A stretch of DNA of 63,848 nt, filler included, from Globobulimina sp. (Eukaryota): NCBI GenBank assembly GCA_003354225.1. It is 28 parts of 28 records of this genome, joined end to end, with 100 filler letters (N's around TTAATTAATTAA, not from the genome) between each part and the next. Parts side by side here need not be neighbours in the genome. Positions count along the whole stretch, not along the records: positions 59,385 to 61,566 come from PIVH01008368.1; positions 61,667 to 63,848 come from PIVH01008369.1; 26 more parts are not named here. One strand, given 5' to 3'. Positions 60,846 through 63,848 of this stretch are shown in pieces. The translations under genes and the position numbers were made by a program. Below the pieces are notes generated by a model that saw only the letters and a list, made by a program, of their open reading frames with translations, made no database searches and was not told where the DNA came from. How positions within the stretch are numbered: the stretch's first letter is position 1; each line of letters opens with the position of its first letter.

Positions 60846-61666
60846 TTTGATGAATGTATTGAGTGTGCTCCTTCTTTCAATGCTCTTCTTGCTATTAATT
60901 AAACACCACTATGTAGATTTTGCTCCTTCTAAATCACTGTTATCACCAGAAATATTTTTCTAGATCACATAATATCAAAACGATGACGAAACTGGCAAGA
61001 AAACTAAAAAATTGTCGTTTGGGGGCGAGTGTGAGGTGATAACAGTAGGCATTTTTGCTTTATTGTAAAATCTATTTTGTAAGAGAAGAAACTGATTTTT
61101 TCTGTTTAAATAATATTAAAAAGAATATTAAAAAGTTATTAATTGGAACACACAACCAATCAATTATAGTTATGGTAAAATAAACTAAAATATGAATAAA
61201 GCCACATGAGTGGCAAGAACAAACAGCTCAAAAACCTGAACAAGACACAAACTCAAAATGATATAGAGATGAAAATGAGTGCACTTGGTATATGTTTATA
61301 TATTTTAATATTCATATTCATATTCAGATTCAGTATCTTTATTTTCATCATATTCATTCCAACATTTAAGACAATAAAACAATCCATCATCATAAACTTT
61401 ACCTTTTATTATACGCGAACAATCTGTGCATTTATTCACATGATTAATTCTGTGTTTTTCTGTCCAATGCATAGGTTTCTTTCCAGAAATACGCATTTCC
61501 GACATACTGTTTTGAATTTGACTAATTTCATCATCCACAGCACCATCTTTATTTTCATATTTCTGCNNNNNNNNNNNNNNNNNNNNNNNNNNNNNNNNNN
61601 NNNNNNNNNNTTAATTAATTAANNNNNNNNNNNNNNNNNNNNNNNNNNNNNNNNNNNNNNNNNNNN

Positions 61667-62240
61667 AACGTGGGATCTTCTGTGTTTTATTGAGTATTTG
61701 AAACGCATTAAATATGATGAAAAAACGTTTGATGAATATTACTCATCGCACAGTATTTGTAGAGATAAAATAGAAAATTATATGAAAGCGAATTGTAATG
61801 AAATGAAGGAAAATGAAATAAATAACGGAATATATTTTAAAGGAACAGATTTATTGATGTTTAATACAGCATTTATTAATGGGATTGGTATTACAGCAGA
61901 TAGTGATATAAATGCTGTTTATTCATCCATTCAAGAATTAATACAAACAGTTGATAGTAATGTTACTTTGAGTGAGATGAAGGAAGAAGTTAAAGAGAAA
62001 GAAGGTGGTGATAGAAAAATGACAGTCAAGAATTGGTTGACTGACGTTGTTAAATTACCTCAATATGTTGCTGTATTCATTGAGAATGACATAACTTTAC
62101 AAATATTGCCTGATGTGACAAGGGAATTGTTGAAAGAAATGGGTATTAAATCGATTGGTCATCAAATTGCTATTTTGCAAAAAGCAAAACAATTAAGGCA
62201 AAATAATGAAGGAACAAATGCTTCAACAACTTATTTGTAA
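61667..62240 (+). CDS. SAM-domain protein C-terminal fragment
   Basis: VKNWL..VKLPQYVAVFIENDI..LKEMGIKSIGHQIAIL. Confidence 0.8.
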
Positions 62241-62340
62241 GACTGTGAACTGCATCACGTTGAACAATTATAAACAATTTCGTAGTTACAGTTTTGTTGT
62301 CATCGAAAACTTACTTTGTTGTCATCGATCAAAGACTGAA

Positions 62341-63848
62341 CATGCAACCGTTGCAAAATGCAAACTTCATTGACGATAACCAACTGTACTATGCTACAAA
62401 GATTAAACTGGAACAGGCACAAAATCTGCATGATTTATTGCCATTTATTTCATGTTTATTGAGTATCCATGATCTTAAATTGCTGCTACACAAAGCATTA
62501 GATACCATAAAAGATTTATATATTGACGCAAAAAAAGAAAATAAAACAAATAGGGAAACCACAGAGATAGATAAACATAAAAAAACCAAATCAAACAATA
62601 ATATTCGTACCGTTTTTATGTCAATCGGGAGCATTGATAAATTATATCCAAACATATATAATAACTATAATACATAAATTGTGGATGACCCAATCTCTGC
62701 CATCGCCTCAAAACGGAAGAAAACCAATATTCAATTCAATATCGACCACAACGAATGTGAGATATGGATTGGTAACAAATATGCACAGAACCAAGTGTAT
62801 GGCGGCGGATCGGAGACCGATTACATACCCTTCCCTCACGAAGATATATTTTCATGTACTTTTCCATGGCATACCATCAAGAAATGGTGTATTAAATGCA
62901 AACTACGCAGCTGGTTACCATCAAACAATCATATTGGTGGAAACAATAAAATCATTCAAATATTAAAGAAATGTTCGCCATTTGTGCGTTGTTTAAGTTT
63001 TATAAATCCAGCACATAGTCGCCGCATAAATGAATATCCCATTTTTGGGAAAGTGTGGTCTGTGCAGTTGAATGGAGAAATAATTGATTCTTTTAATTGG
63101 TTGAATTCTGTCGATAAGTTTCCATTGCTGAGATGTTTAGGTATTACTTTATTGCCTCATGTTCGCATATAATGACTATAATAATTCTGCTGAATTATTA
63201 TAGTCATAAAATTCCACAACGATTGTTTCAAATATATGCGAACGCCGAACATGAGCAGTATATTAATTGTGGCTTGCTCTTCTTGTAAGAAATTGGTCCA
63301 TTGACATTAAATTATTATCGTACGCAAAGTAAAAACAATCGCAGAGAGAAATATAGTTTGATTAAGCAAATAATTGATAAATGCCCGAAATTAACCGCTA
63401 TCAGCATAGTTCAGGAAGATTGGCCCAAACAGGATATATTTACAATTAATGAGAATGAGGCGGATGGCGATGACGAAGATAAATATATTGAATGGATCAT
63501 GCCATCGACTTTGGAATTTCTGCAGATCCACAGAGTTATTTGTAATATAAATATTTCATATTGTTCACATATTATTGGCTTTTCAGTTGAAAATATTAAA
63601 AAAAAGCAAATTAAGTTTAGTGACCATGGCCATGAAGCCAGTATTGATTGTTTTCTATGTTATGATGATAGACAATTTAGAAGGGGCAGAGGGAAAGGCT
63701 TTGATGAAAATAATTCATTGTTACCGATACAATTTGTTGGATATAAAAATGATGCGAGGAACAATGCATCGAAGCCATCATTTTCGCCATTAATAAATGA
63801 ATATTTTGATGATGATGAGAAGAATCATAAAATAAAAAATATGAAAAA
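62341..63848 (+). pseudogene. Degenerate LRR/F-box-like gene
   Basis: In-frame TAA at 62675-62677 between same-frame ORFs; further stops and frameshifts after 63170; LRR-like remnants (FPLLRCL, CKKLVH*, CPKL). Confidence 0.5.

Noticed and set aside
1-63848. rRNA, tRNA, telomeric repeats or CRISPR arrays
   Set aside because: None recognised by eye; a covariance-model search was not possible.

Overview
The window is not one locus. It is 28 unrelated short contigs (2186 down to 2182 bp, sorted by length) joined by 27 identical 100-bp artificial linkers (N44-TTAATTAATTAA-N44), so adjacency across linkers is meaningless. Most contigs are AT-rich eukaryotic DNA with short GT-AG introns (mostly 48-77 nt). 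Gene content (IFT88, AP-4 mu, Furry, WDR6, RhoGEF, SAM/SPRY/MYND/F-box and 7TM proteins) fits a protist, plausibly a foraminiferan/rhizarian single-cell assembly (inference). Also present: LINE and Ty3/Gypsy pol fragments, a phage-type primase-helicase, and several bacterial fragments abruptly fused to eukaryotic DNA (probable amplification chimeras). The standout is contig 1 (1-2186): a Polinton/Maverick (adintovirus-like) virion module, capsid protein > adenain-like protease > packaging ATPase, packed head-to-tail 2-3 bp apart. The ATPase is largely missed by the ORF track because four phase-0 spliceosomal introns split it, and the capsid gene carries two more. All family assignments are from manual motif recognition, not database searches.
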